Positions 1-9,416 of a stretch of 64,000 nucleotides of DNA are shown piece after piece (positions within the stretch are counted from its first letter, which is position 1; each line of letters begins with the position of its first letter). A program made the translations under genes and the position numbers. The notes under the pieces were generated by a model. The model was not told where the DNA came from and did not search any database. It saw only the letters and a list, made by a program, of their open reading frames with translations. The stretch covers positions 1,622 through 65,621 of the forward strand of contig JBMNFF010000001.1 in the NCBI GenBank assembly GCA_050949165.1, in the 5' to 3' direction. The stretch comes from Bacillota bacterium. Lineage in GTDB: Bacteria > Bacillota > Proteinivoracia > UBA4975.

Positions 1-518
1 TTGCAGAGAATATCCTGAACAGGGACTTCGCAGCTTCTGCTCCTAACCAAAAATGGGTTGCCGATGTAACTCAGCTGCGCTTTGGATGGAAGCCGTTGTA
101 TTTGTGCACGATACTTGATCTGTTTAACAATGAAGTAGTCGCATATACGGTAGGCAACCATAATAGCGCTGAATTTGTAATAGGTACCTTCAAGCACGCT
201 ATTGCTGGTAAGAAGATAGAGAAGCTTATATTCCATAGTGATAGAGGCGCCAACTTTACATCGAAAAGGTTCCAAGAAACACTGTTGGAATACGGGATCG
301 AGCCAAGCATGTCGAGAACGGGTAACTGCTGGGATAATGCTTGCATAGAGTCTTTTTTTAGCCATCTGAAAGCGGAAACCTTCTACCTGGAGAACTTGCA
401 GACAGAAGCCGAGATTAGGAAAGCGATCTCCAGATACATACATTGGTACAATAATGAACGTATTCAACTGAAACTAGGTAGCAGCCCGGTTGCATACCGC
501 CGCAGAAACGCAGCATAG
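1..518 (+). CDS. IS3-family transposase OrfB (integrase/rve core), 5'-partial; reading frame continues upstream of window
   Basis: Frame 1 from nt 1 is open and translates to ...WVADVTQLRFGWKPLYLCTILDLFNNEVVAYTVG...DRGANFTS...SMSRTGNCWDNACIESFF...PVAYRRR, a typical IS3 DDE integrase C-terminus. Confidence 0.8.
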   Translation, partial: AENILNRDFAASAPNQKWVADVTQLRFGWKPLYLCTILDLFNNEVVAYTVGNHNSAEFVIGTFKHAIAGKKIEKLIFHSDRGANFTSKRFQETLLEYGIEPSMSRTGNCWDNACIESFFSHLKAETFYLENLQTEAEIRKAISRYIHWYNNERIQLKLGSSPVAYRRRNAA

Positions 519-548
519 TGTTGCAGATATTTATTTGTCTACTTGACA
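1..548 (+). mobile_element. Right-hand end of an IS3-family element (partial); terminal repeat guessed to end near 548 (..tgtctacttgaca)
   Basis: Transposase tail plus a TG..CA-type terminal sequence after the stop. The boundary is inferred, not verified. Confidence 0.5.
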
Positions 549-578
549 GGGGTAAGTCCACCGTCCCCGGCGTCGCGG

Positions 579-2159
579 TCAGATCTTGCCCGAGCGGAGG
601 ATGGAGATCAGCAGCCACATTCCCATGAAGGCGGCGCCGATATAGCCCAGCAGGCCCAGGAGGGGGATGGTCATCAGCTTGGGACCCACGTCGGTGGTGA
701 CCACCAGGGATGAGCCGATGATCAGGGCAGAGACGATCATGGCAAAGACAATTCGGTTCACCGACTTTTTAAAGTCCGCCATGACATCTTTGAGGTGCAG
801 GGGCTCCAACTGGATGGTGGCCTTGCCGGCGGCGAATTTGTTGAGGACTTCCATGGCCTTGTCCGGCAGGCGCAGGCCGGTCCGGGTCAGGCGCTGCAGA
901 TGACCGGCAGTTCGCAGCAACTCCTGGCGGAAATTGCGGGAACGCAAGATCTGACCGCGGATAAAGGGAGCCATCAGCTCGATAATGGCCATTCCCGGCG
1001 CCAGGCCGTTGACCAGACCTTCCAGGACCAGGATACCCTTAATCAGCAAGGTGATGTCCCGGGGAAAGGCCAGCTTGTTCTGGCGGCAAATCCGGAAGAT
1101 CTCTTCAATGAGGCGGGGGATGTCCAGGTCTTCCACCGAGGCGCTGGCATAGTTATCGTATAGCTGTTCTATCTCTGAACGGAGGGGGGCCCGGTCGACC
1201 CGGCCCTTTTTTGTGCTGATGTTGACGATGGAGTTGACCATCTGCTCCAGGTCTCCCTCCACAATCCCCGCCAGCAGTTTGTTAAAGTGCCGGCGCAGGC
1301 CCTCGCCGAGATTGCCCACCAGGCCGAAATCCAGGTAGGCGATTTTCCGGGCGCTGATCAGGACATTACCCGGGTGCAGGTCGGCATGAAAGACCCCGTG
1401 TTCAAAGACCTGGGTCATAAAGTTGTAGATTATCTTGGCGCAGATTTCCTCCAGGTCATAGCCCGCTTCCACCAGTGCTATCTTTTCCGAAACCTTGATG
1501 CCCTCGATATATTCCATGACCAGCACGTTGCGGGTGGAGAATTCCGGGTAGACCCGGGGGATGGTGATGAACCGGATATCCCGGTGCAGCTCCTGGAAGC
1601 GCTGGATATTCTCGGCTTCCATGCAGAAGTTCAGTTCCAGTTCCAGGGCCTCCCAGAGCTCGTCCACCACTTCGCTGGGGTTCCAGACGCTGGTCTGGGG
1701 CAAGAACCTGGCCAGGAGGGCGAATTGCTTCAGCAGCCGCAGGTCGTTATAGATTTTGACTTCGATACCCGGGCGCTTGACCTTGATTACCACCCGGGTC
1801 CCATCCCTCAGTTGCCCCCGGTGGACCTGGGCGATGGATGCCGAGGCTATGGGCTTGGCCTCGAATTGGGCAAAAATCCTGTCCAGGCTATCCCCCAGCT
1901 CGGCCTCGACAATTTCCCGGACGGCCTGGAAGCCCACGGGCTTTACATCGTCCTGGAGCTTTTGAAATTCCTGGATATATTGGTCGGGTATGATGTCGGG
2001 CCGGGTGGAGAGGACCTGGGCGATTTTAACAAAGGTAGGCCCCAGTTCTTCCAGGGCCTGTCGCAATTGGGACGGGCTGGTAATGCCCTCTTTTAAACCG
2101 TACTTGGCCAAGACGCCGACGATCTGCTGGAATCGCTGGCGGGGACTCTGTCGCTTCAT
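579..2159 (-). CDS. ABC1/UbiB (AarF) family atypical protein kinase
   Basis: 526-aa ORF with the N-terminal MKRQSPRQRFQQIVGVLAKYG...FVKIAQVLSTRPDIIP signature, a kinase core (HADLHPGNVLI) and a C-terminal TM helix. Confidence 0.85.
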   Translation of the reverse strand: MKRQSPRQRFQQIVGVLAKYGLKEGITSPSQLRQALEELGPTFVKIAQVLSTRPDIIPDQYIQEFQKLQDDVKPVGFQAVREIVEAELGDSLDRIFAQFEAKPIASASIAQVHRGQLRDGTRVVIKVKRPGIEVKIYNDLRLLKQFALLARFLPQTSVWNPSEVVDELWEALELELNFCMEAENIQRFQELHRDIRFITIPRVYPEFSTRNVLVMEYIEGIKVSEKIALVEAGYDLEEICAKIIYNFMTQVFEHGVFHADLHPGNVLISARKIAYLDFGLVGNLGEGLRRHFNKLLAGIVEGDLEQMVNSIVNISTKKGRVDRAPLRSEIEQLYDNYASASVEDLDIPRLIEEIFRICRQNKLAFPRDITLLIKGILVLEGLVNGLAPGMAIIELMAPFIRGQILRSRNFRQELLRTAGHLQRLTRTGLRLPDKAMEVLNKFAAGKATIQLEPLHLKDVMADFKKSVNRIVFAMIVSALIIGSSLVVTTDVGPKLMTIPLLGLLGYIGAAFMGMWLLISILRSGKI

Positions 2160-2164
2160 TCCGG

Positions 2165-2452
2165 TCAGGGCAGCTGTTTTTCCAGCCTGCTGACCCGGGC
2201 TTCCAGGTTGTGAAAGTCCTCCTTGGTGGCCGGGTTTATGCTGGCGATAATCTCTTTGATCACGGCCTGGTCGGGTTGTGCTTGCTTGCCCTGAAACCGG
2301 TTGAGCAGCTCCCGATTGAGTTCCTTGCCCTGGTTGACGGTCAGCTCTCCCTTTTTCACCAGCTGATCCACCAGGTTCATGCCCTTTTCCATGGTGTAGG
2401 CCATGCTGCCGATTCCGGCCAGAACGAGATCGCGCAGACTGATGTTCTCCAT
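2165..2452 (-). CDS. Phasin-family (PHA-granule-associated-like) small coiled-coil protein
   Basis: Start trimmed to the ATG giving MENISLRDLVLAGIGSMAYTMEKG..., preceded by GGAGGGAATGTG. The family assignment is from the phasin-like N-terminal motif. Confidence 0.45.
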   Translation of the reverse strand: MENISLRDLVLAGIGSMAYTMEKGMNLVDQLVKKGELTVNQGKELNRELLNRFQGKQAQPDQAVIKEIIASINPATKEDFHNLEARVSRLEKQLP

Positions 2453-2585
2453 CACATTCCCTCCTGTCCTAATTAGCATGCCATCTTCGCCGGCATTCAA
2501 TGTATCCTTCTCTTTGCTGCAGGAAATCCGGCGCCGGATATGGAATCTACCTGGGTACGGGATAAGACGGAAAGGAGGCCTGATC

Positions 2586-3407
2586 TTGACCAGGGCAAAT
2601 CTGGGAGATATTGGCTGTTTTCTATTAGACATGGACGGGACCATCTACCTGGGCCGGCAACTGCTCCCCGGGGCGGACCGCTTCTTGGCGATTCTCGGGG
2701 AGCTGGGCAGGGAATACTTCTTCCTGACCAACAACTCTTCCCGGGACAAACTGGCCTATGTGGAGAAGCTGGAGAGTATGGGCATCGCGGTGGCGCCGGA
2801 AAGGGTCGTCACCTCCGGGGAAGCCACGGCCCTGTATCTGCAGAAAGCCAAGCCCGGGGCAAAACTCTTCCTCCTGGGCACCGAGGCTCTGGCCCGGGAA
2901 CTTGTCAGCCATGGCTTTTCCCTGGTGACAAAAAAAGAAAACCCGGATTACGTGGTCCTGGGTTTTGATACCACCCTTACCTATCAAAAATTGTGGGATG
3001 CCTGCGATTTGATCCGGGATGGTGTGGAATTCATCGCCACCCATCCCGACTTCAACTGCCCCCTGGAGGGGGGCAAGTACATGCCCGATGCCGGGGCCAT
3101 GGCCGCCTTTATCCAGGCCTCCACCGGGCGGACTCCTAAGGTCATCGGCAAGCCCCACCGGGAAATCGTCGATGCCGTCCTCTCCCGGACCCAGGTCCCC
3201 CGGGAACGGACCGCCATGGTGGGGGACCGCCTGTACACCGACATTGCCCTGGCCCAGGACGCAGGCCTGACCGGCATCCTGGTCCTCAGCGGGGAAAGCG
3301 GACCCCGGGATTTGGCGGAATCCCCCTACCGCCCCGACTATGTTTTCCCTTCGGTGGCCGAGCTGGGCGCTGCCTTGTTGGCAGGGGAGGAGAGGGAGGA
3401 TGGATAA
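2586..3407 (+). CDS. HAD-IIA family hydrolase (NagD/p-nitrophenylphosphatase-like)
   Basis: Has the DMDGT motif I, an FLTNNSS motif II region and GDRLYTDI motif IV. A TTG start at 2586 sits 7 nt after AAAGGAGG. Confidence 0.75.
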   Translation: MTRANLGDIGCFLLDMDGTIYLGRQLLPGADRFLAILGELGREYFFLTNNSSRDKLAYVEKLESMGIAVAPERVVTSGEATALYLQKAKPGAKLFLLGTEALARELVSHGFSLVTKKENPDYVVLGFDTTLTYQKLWDACDLIRDGVEFIATHPDFNCPLEGGKYMPDAGAMAAFIQASTGRTPKVIGKPHREIVDAVLSRTQVPRERTAMVGDRLYTDIALAQDAGLTGILVLSGESGPRDLAESPYRPDYVFPSVAELGAALLAGEEREDG

Positions 3408-4083
3408 GCGCATCTGGGAGATTGACCTGGCCAGAGCCCTGGCCATCGTCCTCATGGTGGTCTTTCACACCGTCTATGACTTGCGGGAATTTCTCAGTGT
3501 GGATGTCGACTACGCCAGCGGCTTCTGGTATTGGCTGGGCAAAGCCTCGGCCCTGCTCTTTATCTTTGTTTCCGGAATCAGCAGTGGTCTCAGCACCCGA
3601 ATCCTCAAGCGGGGCGTTGTGACTGTGACCATGGGCATGGTCATCACCGCCGTCACCTATGTGGTCCTGGGGGATATGTACATAAGATACGGCATCCTCC
3701 ACTTTCTGGGGACCTGCATGCTGATTGCCCCCCTGCTGCAGCGGCTTCCCCCGGGCGTCCTGGCCGTGCTTGCGACGGCCATCGGCCTTTCCGCCCGGCA
3801 TGTGGACGCTGCCAGGGTGGGGACCGGCCTGCTCCTTCCCTTAGGCGTAAGGTATCCCGGCTTTGCCTCGGCGGACTACTATCCCCTCATTCCCTATCTG
3901 GCTGTATTCTTGCTGGGCATAATCGCCTATAAACTCTACTATCGGCGGCGCCGGAGCCTGTTTCCCTTCGCCCTGGAGAGCCCCGTCATCGCCGCCCTGA
4001 GCAGAAACTCCCTCAAAATCTATCTCTTGCACCAGCCCATAATCGTGGGGCTGATTATGGTCTACAAGCACTTGTATCGCTAA
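3400..4083 (+). CDS. DUF1624/heparan-alpha-glucosaminide N-acetyltransferase-like polytopic membrane protein
   Basis: MDKRIWEIDLARALAIVLMVVFHTVYD...; a multi-TM protein. GGAGGGAGG RBS lies directly before the ATG at 3400. Confidence 0.6.
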   Translation: MDKRIWEIDLARALAIVLMVVFHTVYDLREFLSVDVDYASGFWYWLGKASALLFIFVSGISSGLSTRILKRGVVTVTMGMVITAVTYVVLGDMYIRYGILHFLGTCMLIAPLLQRLPPGVLAVLATAIGLSARHVDAARVGTGLLLPLGVRYPGFASADYYPLIPYLAVFLLGIIAYKLYYRRRRSLFPFALESPVIAALSRNSLKIYLLHQPIIVGLIMVYKHLYR

Positions 4084-4289
4084 TACTCGATGGCCGATAT
4101 GCGCTTGCCCTCCTGGATAAGGGCACATACTGTGGCCATTTGCTCCCGGGAAACGCGGCAACCGTTGAACACCATGCTGTACTTTCCCGAACTCCCCTGG
4201 ACGATAAAGGCCACGGGTCTGCCTGACTCCGACCCGGTGCCGTAACTGAGGGCTTCCACCGAAACCACCTCCTTGGATAGTCTATGCAC
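4080..4289 (-). CDS. Hypothetical 69-aa protein (GTG start, no RBS); doubtful
   Basis: ORF only. The 5' region is occupied by a plus-strand terminator hairpin. Confidence 0.15.
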   Translation of the reverse strand: MHRLSKEVVSVEALSYGTGSESGRPVAFIVQGSSGKYSMVFNGCRVSREQMATVCALIQEGKRISAIEY

Positions 4290-4305
4290 CGAGCTGTTGA
4301 AGATG

Positions 4306-4330
4306 AACCCCCTGCTAAGGGGGTTTTTCT
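4306..4330 (+). terminator. Rho-independent terminator hairpin CCCCCT-GCTA-AGGGGG followed by TTTTT
   Basis: Seen directly in the sequence. It sits immediately upstream of the truncated binding-protein fragment. Confidence 0.6.
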
Positions 4331-4366
4331 CTTATAGGGGCAATTAATTCTGCTTTTAAAAAAATA

Positions 4367-4603
4367 ATGGACCTGAAGCTGGGCCGGGTCGACCTGGTAA
4401 TCATCGACAAGCCCGTGGCTGAAAACTATATCCAGAAGCTGGGCGGGATGAAGATTTTGGGCGATCCCTTTACCAACGAGCAATACGGGATTGCCGTTCA
4501 GAAGGGCGAGACTGCCATGATGAACAAGATCAATGCCTCTCTGAAAAAGTTAATGGACACCGGGGAATACGACAGGATCTTTGCCAAGTGGTTTGGAGAA
4601 TAG
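4367..4603 (+). pseudogene. C-terminal ~78-aa remnant of a polar amino-acid (Gln/His-type) ABC-transporter substrate-binding protein
   Basis: ...DLVIIDKPVAENYIQKLGG..DPFTNEQYGIAVQKGETAMMNKINASLKKLMDTGEYDRIFAKWFGE is the last third of a family-3 binding protein. There is no N-terminal coding sequence or signal peptide upstream, only a terminator. The permease and ATPase genes follow. Confidence 0.7.
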
Positions 4604-4612
4604 GTTTTACCC

Positions 4613-5305
4613 ATGCGGCTAATAAAGTTTGACCTGATTATCAAGTCTCTGCCCTCCCTCCTGGAGGGGGCGCAGTTGTCCCTGTTGGTCAGTGCCTTGT
4701 CGGTTGCCTTTGGCATCAGCCTCGGCATCCTCATCGCCACTGCTCGCCTCTCAAAAGTCTGGCCCCTTCGGGCGCTGGCCGGGGCCTATGTCGCCTTCCT
4801 GCGGGGCACGCCCATGATCGTCCAGATCTTTATCGTCCACTTTGGCTTGAGTGAACTGGGCCTGACCCTGCCCGCCCTGGTTTCCGGGATCGTTGCCCTG
4901 AGCCTCAACAGCGGCGCCTACATGGGCGAGGTTTTCCGGGGCGGCATTCAATCCATCGACATCGGCCAGACCCAGGCGGGACTGTCCCTGGGCCTGACCA
5001 ACTTCCAAGTCTTTCGCTACATCGTCTTTCCCCAGGCCTTCCGCCGGGTCATTCCCTCCATGGGCAACGAGATGATTACCCTGACCAAGGACTCTTCCCT
5101 GGTCAGCTTTATCGCCATTACCGAGCTGACCTATAAGGCGACCCTCATCGCCTCCAGAACCTATGAGTACTTTACCATGTACATCGGCATCGCCATCGTC
5201 TACTTTGCCATCACCTACACCTTGTCGGTGCTCTTGGGCATGTTGGAAAGGAGGCTGGGACCATATGATTCGGATAGAGAACTTGAAGAAGGCCTTCGGC
5301 GCTAA
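4613..5305 (+). CDS. Polar amino-acid ABC transporter permease (His/Glu/Gln/Arg/opine family)
   Basis: 230 aa, about five TM segments, and the conserved EAA-like loop ([17 protein letters not shown]). Confidence 0.9.
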   Translation: MRLIKFDLIIKSLPSLLEGAQLSLLVSALSVAFGISLGILIATARLSKVWPLRALAGAYVAFLRGTPMIVQIFIVHFGLSELGLTLPALVSGIVALSLNSGAYMGEVFRGGIQSIDIGQTQAGLSLGLTNFQVFRYIVFPQAFRRVIPSMGNEMITLTKDSSLVSFIAITELTYKATLIASRTYEYFTMYIGIAIVYFAITYTLSVLLGMLERRLGPYDSDRELEEGLRR

Positions 5306-5987
5306 TGAAGTGCTCAAGGGGGTTTCGGTCCAGGTGGCCAAGGGCGAAGTGGTGGTGCTGATTGGAGCCAGCGGCTCCGGCAAGAGCACTTTGCTTCGGT
5401 GTGTAAACCTCCTGGAAGAGCCCGATGACGGCCAGATCTTCATCGACGGCGTGGAGGTCACCGCCCGGGACGTGGTCAGGCACGAGGTGCGCAAGGAGAC
5501 CGGCATGGTCTTTCAGCAGTTCAACCTCTTCCCCCACAAGCGGGTGATCGACAACATCACCCTGGCCCCCATCAAGGTGCGGGGCATGGCCCGGGAAGCG
5601 GCTGAAGAACTGGCTCTGGACCTCCTGGACAAGGTGGGACTGAGGGACCGGGCCAGGTCCTGGCCCCATCAGCTCTCCGGCGGCCAGCAGCAGCGGGTGG
5701 CCATCGCCCGGGCCCTGGCCATGCAGCCCAAAGTCATGCTCTTCGACGAGGTGACTTCGGCCCTGGATCCCGGCATGACCGGGGAAGTCCTCAACGTCAT
5801 GAAACAGCTGGCGGCCGACGGGGCCACCATGATTGTGGTCACCCACGAGATGGCCTTTGCCCGGGAAGCCGGGGACAAGATCATCTTCATGCACGACGGC
5901 GTCATCGTCGAGGAGGGGCCCCCCCAGGAGCTCCTCAACAACCCCCGGCATGAAGCGACCAAGGATTTCTTAAGCAAGGTATTATAA
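5265..5987 (+). CDS. Polar amino-acid ABC transporter ATP-binding protein (GlnQ-like)
   Basis: [11 protein letters not shown]...GASGSGKST (Walker A), [15 protein letters not shown] (signature) and [11 protein letters not shown] (Walker B). GGAAAGGAGG precedes the ATG at 5265. The gene overlaps the permease by 41 nt. Confidence 0.9.
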   Translation: MIRIENLKKAFGANEVLKGVSVQVAKGEVVVLIGASGSGKSTLLRCVNLLEEPDDGQIFIDGVEVTARDVVRHEVRKETGMVFQQFNLFPHKRVIDNITLAPIKVRGMAREAAEELALDLLDKVGLRDRARSWPHQLSGGQQQRVAIARALAMQPKVMLFDEVTSALDPGMTGEVLNVMKQLAADGATMIVVTHEMAFAREAGDKIIFMHDGVIVEEGPPQELLNNPRHEATKDFLSKVL

Positions 5988-6046
5988 AGGCAAAACACCG
6001 GCGGAAAACCCGCCGGTGTTTGTTTATGACGTGGATGGGGCCGGAC

Positions 6047-7096
6047 TCAGGGTCCGGGCACCAACTTAATTTTGCCGGAATTGGTCAGGCAGGGGAGGAT
6101 GCCGATGTAGTCGGCGCTGACCTGGCCGATGACATTGACCCTCTCATCCTGGGGCAGGCTCCGGGCCAGAATCTGGATTTCTCCCGAGTACCTGCCGTAG
6201 AGGCGGTTGTCCATGGTTATCGCTCCCGCAGCCCTTTCCCCGCAGTTATCCGGCTCCATCAGGTCTCCGGGACAGGAATATTCCCGGGATTCATGGATGC
6301 GCTTGACCAGGAGGGGAGAGTCGGGTCGGATGGTGAAGACCTGATTATACAGGTAGCGGTACCTGGGCAGGAGCTGGCTGGGGACGGCGACGACCCCAGT
6401 CCTGCAGTGCCCGGCAATCAGCCGGCGCTGCCCTGAACTCAGTCCCAGGTCGCCCAGGAAGATTCCATCCAGGCCAAACTTAATCGCCATCTCCAGATAG
6501 GCCAGGTAGGGAGGGAGAGAGCGGTGGGCTTCCACCGTGGGCAACCCGGCATGGATGGGGCCCCGCTTCTCTTCATCCCCGGGGATAAAGGCCAGCACCT
6601 TGATGCCCAACCGCCGCAGCTCGGCATTGAGCCGGGCAAATTGGCAGGGATCCAGGCCGGTTTCCGGCCGGGGGTAGAAGTTGTGCATGGCGTAGACCTC
6701 TCCCCCCGCGGCGACGATTTTTTCAGCAGTAGCGGCGTCCACCGTGGAGGCGTTGAAGGCCAGGGGAAATTCTTCAGCCACCGCCAACATTTCTGCCAGG
6801 GAAAAGCCATAGTCCAGGCGGAGGATGTCCAGGCCCAGCTCCCGGGCGAAGCCCAGGATATCTTCGTGGCCAAAGACCTTCAATGTCTTGGGCGACACAT
6901 CGGCCAGAATCCGGAACCCCGAGCTTTTTAGCCAGTTGCTCATAGCCCGGGCAGCATCGACATAGTCGGCATCAAACTCTTCCTGGATGTGGAAAGAAGT
7001 GAAGACGAAGGTACCCGAGCCGGCCAGGGCCTCCAGGCTCTGCTTCTGGCGGGCGAAGGCCGACACGTATACCGAAAGTCCTAAATCCTTAAACAC
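6047..7096 (-). CDS. mupG: DUF871-family 6-phospho-N-acetylmuramidase (MupG-like)
   Basis: 349-aa DUF871 protein placed last in a murR-murQ-murP operon, as in Gram-positive MurNAc catabolism. Confidence 0.75.
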   Translation of the reverse strand: MFKDLGLSVYVSAFARQKQSLEALAGSGTFVFTSFHIQEEFDADYVDAARAMSNWLKSSGFRILADVSPKTLKVFGHEDILGFARELGLDILRLDYGFSLAEMLAVAEEFPLAFNASTVDAATAEKIVAAGGEVYAMHNFYPRPETGLDPCQFARLNAELRRLGIKVLAFIPGDEEKRGPIHAGLPTVEAHRSLPPYLAYLEMAIKFGLDGIFLGDLGLSSGQRRLIAGHCRTGVVAVPSQLLPRYRYLYNQVFTIRPDSPLLVKRIHESREYSCPGDLMEPDNCGERAAGAITMDNRLYGRYSGEIQILARSLPQDERVNVIGQVSADYIGILPCLTNSGKIKLVPGP

Positions 7097-8513
7097 TGGC
7101 TACTTCTGAGTCCTTGATGAACAGCGAGGTGATGATAAAGCCGAAGATATAGGAGATGACCAGACCCAGGAAGTAGTTGAGCATGGATGCAGGTTGCATG
7201 ACGGCGATGGCCACAACTCCCGAGGGACCCCAGGCCGAAGCCATGACCTTGGACAGCATCACAAAGGCGCCGCCAAAGCCTGCGCCGAGACCGGCGGTGA
7301 CAAAGGGCTTGCCCAGGGGCAGGGTGACGCCGTAGATCAGGGGCTCGCCTATCCCCAGCACGCCGGCGGGCAGCGCCCCGGCGATGACCTTTTTCATCCG
7401 CTCATTGCGGACCCTGTTGGCCTTGAGCCAGATGGCCAGGGCTGCGCCCACCTGGCCGGCGCCGGCCATGGCCAGGACGGGGAAGAGGGTCACGCCGCCC
7501 AGGGCCTCCAGCTGAATGGCGTAGATGGGAATCAGGCCATGGTGCAGGCCCAGGAGGACCATGGGCAGGAAGAGGGCTGCGAGGACATAGCCGGAAATTA
7601 CGCTGACCACGGCATTGTCGGAGTTAATCAGGACGTTGAGGCCCTTGACCAGCCAGTCGGAAGCGAAGCCGGAAACCGGCATGATCACAAAGACAAAGAG
7701 CAGTCCCACGATGAGCAGGGAAATCAGGGGAGTGAGGACCAGGTCCAGGACCTCGGGGACCACCTTGCGGACCCGCTTTTCCACCAGGGAGAGGATGTAG
7801 ACTCCGATGATGACGCCGATGATGCCTCCCTTGCCGGTGGTGAGAATGGACTTCAGGGGAGTTTCTGCATCGTAGAGGTTGAAGAGTTGAGAGATCTGGT
7901 TGATCTGGGCGGCGATGGACATGGCGCCGAGCATGCCGCCCAGGGCTTCGGTGGCGCCGAAGCGCTTGGCGGCATTGATGCCGGTGTAGATGGCAAAGTA
8001 GCCCAGGAAACCTGTCCCAATCAGGGAGAAGAGCAACTGGGTTGCCGTCCAGAAGGTCCCGGCCAGGGTCCCTTTGCTGAGCAAGGTTGAGAGCAGGGAG
8101 CCGAGCCCATTGAAAATACCCGCGGCTATGATTGCTGGAAGAAGAGGGATGAAAATACCGGCGATGGTTTCCAGGGCGGATTTCAGTGGGCTCTGCTTGC
8201 GGGCGCCTTTGATGGCGGCCTTATTGGCCTGCCAGTCGTCGGTGACCGTCTGATCCTTGGCGATGCCGTGCTCTTGGGCGAGGATGTCCATGAGTCTGTT
8301 GGCTTTGCCGGGGCCGACCACCACCTGCAGGGTTTCGGCATCGACGACGCCCATGACGCCTTCGGTTTCTTTCAGGGCATCCAAGTCGGCCTTTTCTTTG
8401 TCTTTCAGGCGCAGCCGCAGCCTGGTCATACAGTTGGTGACTGCCAGGACATTGTCCTTGCCGCCAACCAGTTCGAGAATCTTGCCTGCCAATTTTTCGT
8501 TGGTCATTGACAT
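7089..8513 (-). CDS. murP: PTS N-acetylmuramic-acid-specific EIIBC component
   Basis: N-terminal EIIB domain (NVLAVTNCMTRLRLRL) followed by a glucose-family EIIC membrane domain. Adjacent to murQ. Confidence 0.8.
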   Translation of the reverse strand: MSMTNEKLAGKILELVGGKDNVLAVTNCMTRLRLRLKDKEKADLDALKETEGVMGVVDAETLQVVVGPGKANRLMDILAQEHGIAKDQTVTDDWQANKAAIKGARKQSPLKSALETIAGIFIPLLPAIIAAGIFNGLGSLLSTLLSKGTLAGTFWTATQLLFSLIGTGFLGYFAIYTGINAAKRFGATEALGGMLGAMSIAAQINQISQLFNLYDAETPLKSILTTGKGGIIGVIIGVYILSLVEKRVRKVVPEVLDLVLTPLISLLIVGLLFVFVIMPVSGFASDWLVKGLNVLINSDNAVVSVISGYVLAALFLPMVLLGLHHGLIPIYAIQLEALGGVTLFPVLAMAGAGQVGAALAIWLKANRVRNERMKKVIAGALPAGVLGIGEPLIYGVTLPLGKPFVTAGLGAGFGGAFVMLSKVMASAWGPSGVVAIAVMQPASMLNYFLGLVISYIFGFIITSLFIKDSEVASV

Positions 8514-8522
8514 CAGCTCCTC

Positions 8523-9416
8523 TCAAATAATTGACTTGCGGATGTGGCCGTCGGCCGCATCCAGTTTCGCCCTTGCGGTATGGACGTCGCAATTGAGCAA
8601 AATCATTACAATGGCCAGTTTCACGCTCCCTTCTGCAAGTTTCAGGTGTTGGACGGCTTTTTCCTGAGTGCAGCCGGTGGCGCTCATGATGATGTTGACC
8701 GCCCGGGTTTCCAGCTTCTTATTGGTCGGTTGCACGTCCACCATCAGGTTCTTGAACACCTTGCCGATGCCCACCATGGAAACGGTGGAAATCATGTTCA
8801 GGACCAGCTTTTGAGCGGTGCCCGCCTTGAGCCGGGTGGAGCCGGTGAGGACTTCGGGCCCCACGATGACTTCGATGGGAATGTCTGCAACAGAACTGAT
8901 GGGAGAGTTTTCATTGCAGGATATGGAGGCGGTGGTGCAGCCCACTTCCCTGGCGTATTCCAAGGCTCCCAGGACGTAAGGGGTGCGGCCGCTGGCGGCA
9001 ATCCCGATCACCACGTCCCGGGCCTCGAGGCCGATGTCCTGCAGGTCCTTGGCGCCCATGGCGTAGTCGTCTTCGGCCCCTTCCACAGCCTGGGCAAAGG
9101 CCACGGTCCCGCCGGCCAACAGGGCCACCACCTGTTCAGGGGGAGTCCCGAAGGTGGGAGGGCACTCGGCGGCGTCCAAAAAGCCCAGCCGACCGCTGGT
9201 TCCGGCCCCCACATAGATCAGGCGGCCGCCGGATTTAAAGGCCCTGATCACAGCCTCAACGGCCTTCTCGATTTGAGGGATGGCCTTGCCAACGGCCGGG
9301 GCCACCTGGGCATCTTCCTGGTTCATGGCCTTGAGGGCTTCCAGGGGAGACATGAGGTCCAAATCCTGGGTCCTTTCATTGCGCTGTTCCGTTGACAATT
9401 GCGAGAGATCAAGCAT
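8523..9416 (-). CDS. murQ: N-acetylmuramic acid 6-phosphate etherase
   Basis: A SIS-domain protein with the MurQ hallmark ...LIYVGAGTSGRLG...AAECPPTFG. Confidence 0.9.
   Translation of the reverse strand: MLDLSQLSTEQRNERTQDLDLMSPLEALKAMNQEDAQVAPAVGKAIPQIEKAVEAVIRAFKSGGRLIYVGAGTSGRLGFLDAAECPPTFGTPPEQVVALLAGGTVAFAQAVEGAEDDYAMGAKDLQDIGLEARDVVIGIAASGRTPYVLGALEYAREVGCTTASISCNENSPISSVADIPIEVIVGPEVLTGSTRLKAGTAQKLVLNMISTVSMVGIGKVFKNLMVDVQPTNKKLETRAVNIIMSATGCTQEKAVQHLKLAEGSVKLAIVMILLNCDVHTARAKLDAADGHIRKSII

Noticed and set aside
1287-2096. Several 60-300-aa ORFs (e.g. 1287..2096+, 7194..8090+, 8544..9395+, 9280..10338+, 19539..20843+, 21204..22136-, 25892..26878-, 28823..29836+, 29761..30813+, 45988..47154-, 4751..5506-, 5211..5951-)
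   Set aside because: All lie antisense or out of frame to genes with strong family signatures. Their composition is low-complexity (G/P/A/R/H-rich) and they lack ribosome-binding sites. I call them artefacts of high GC content.
4055-4483. 142-aa minus-strand ORF spanning the binding-protein remnant and upstream hairpin
   Set aside because: It crosses a plus-strand terminator and overlaps the binding-protein fragment. It has no motif and no RBS.
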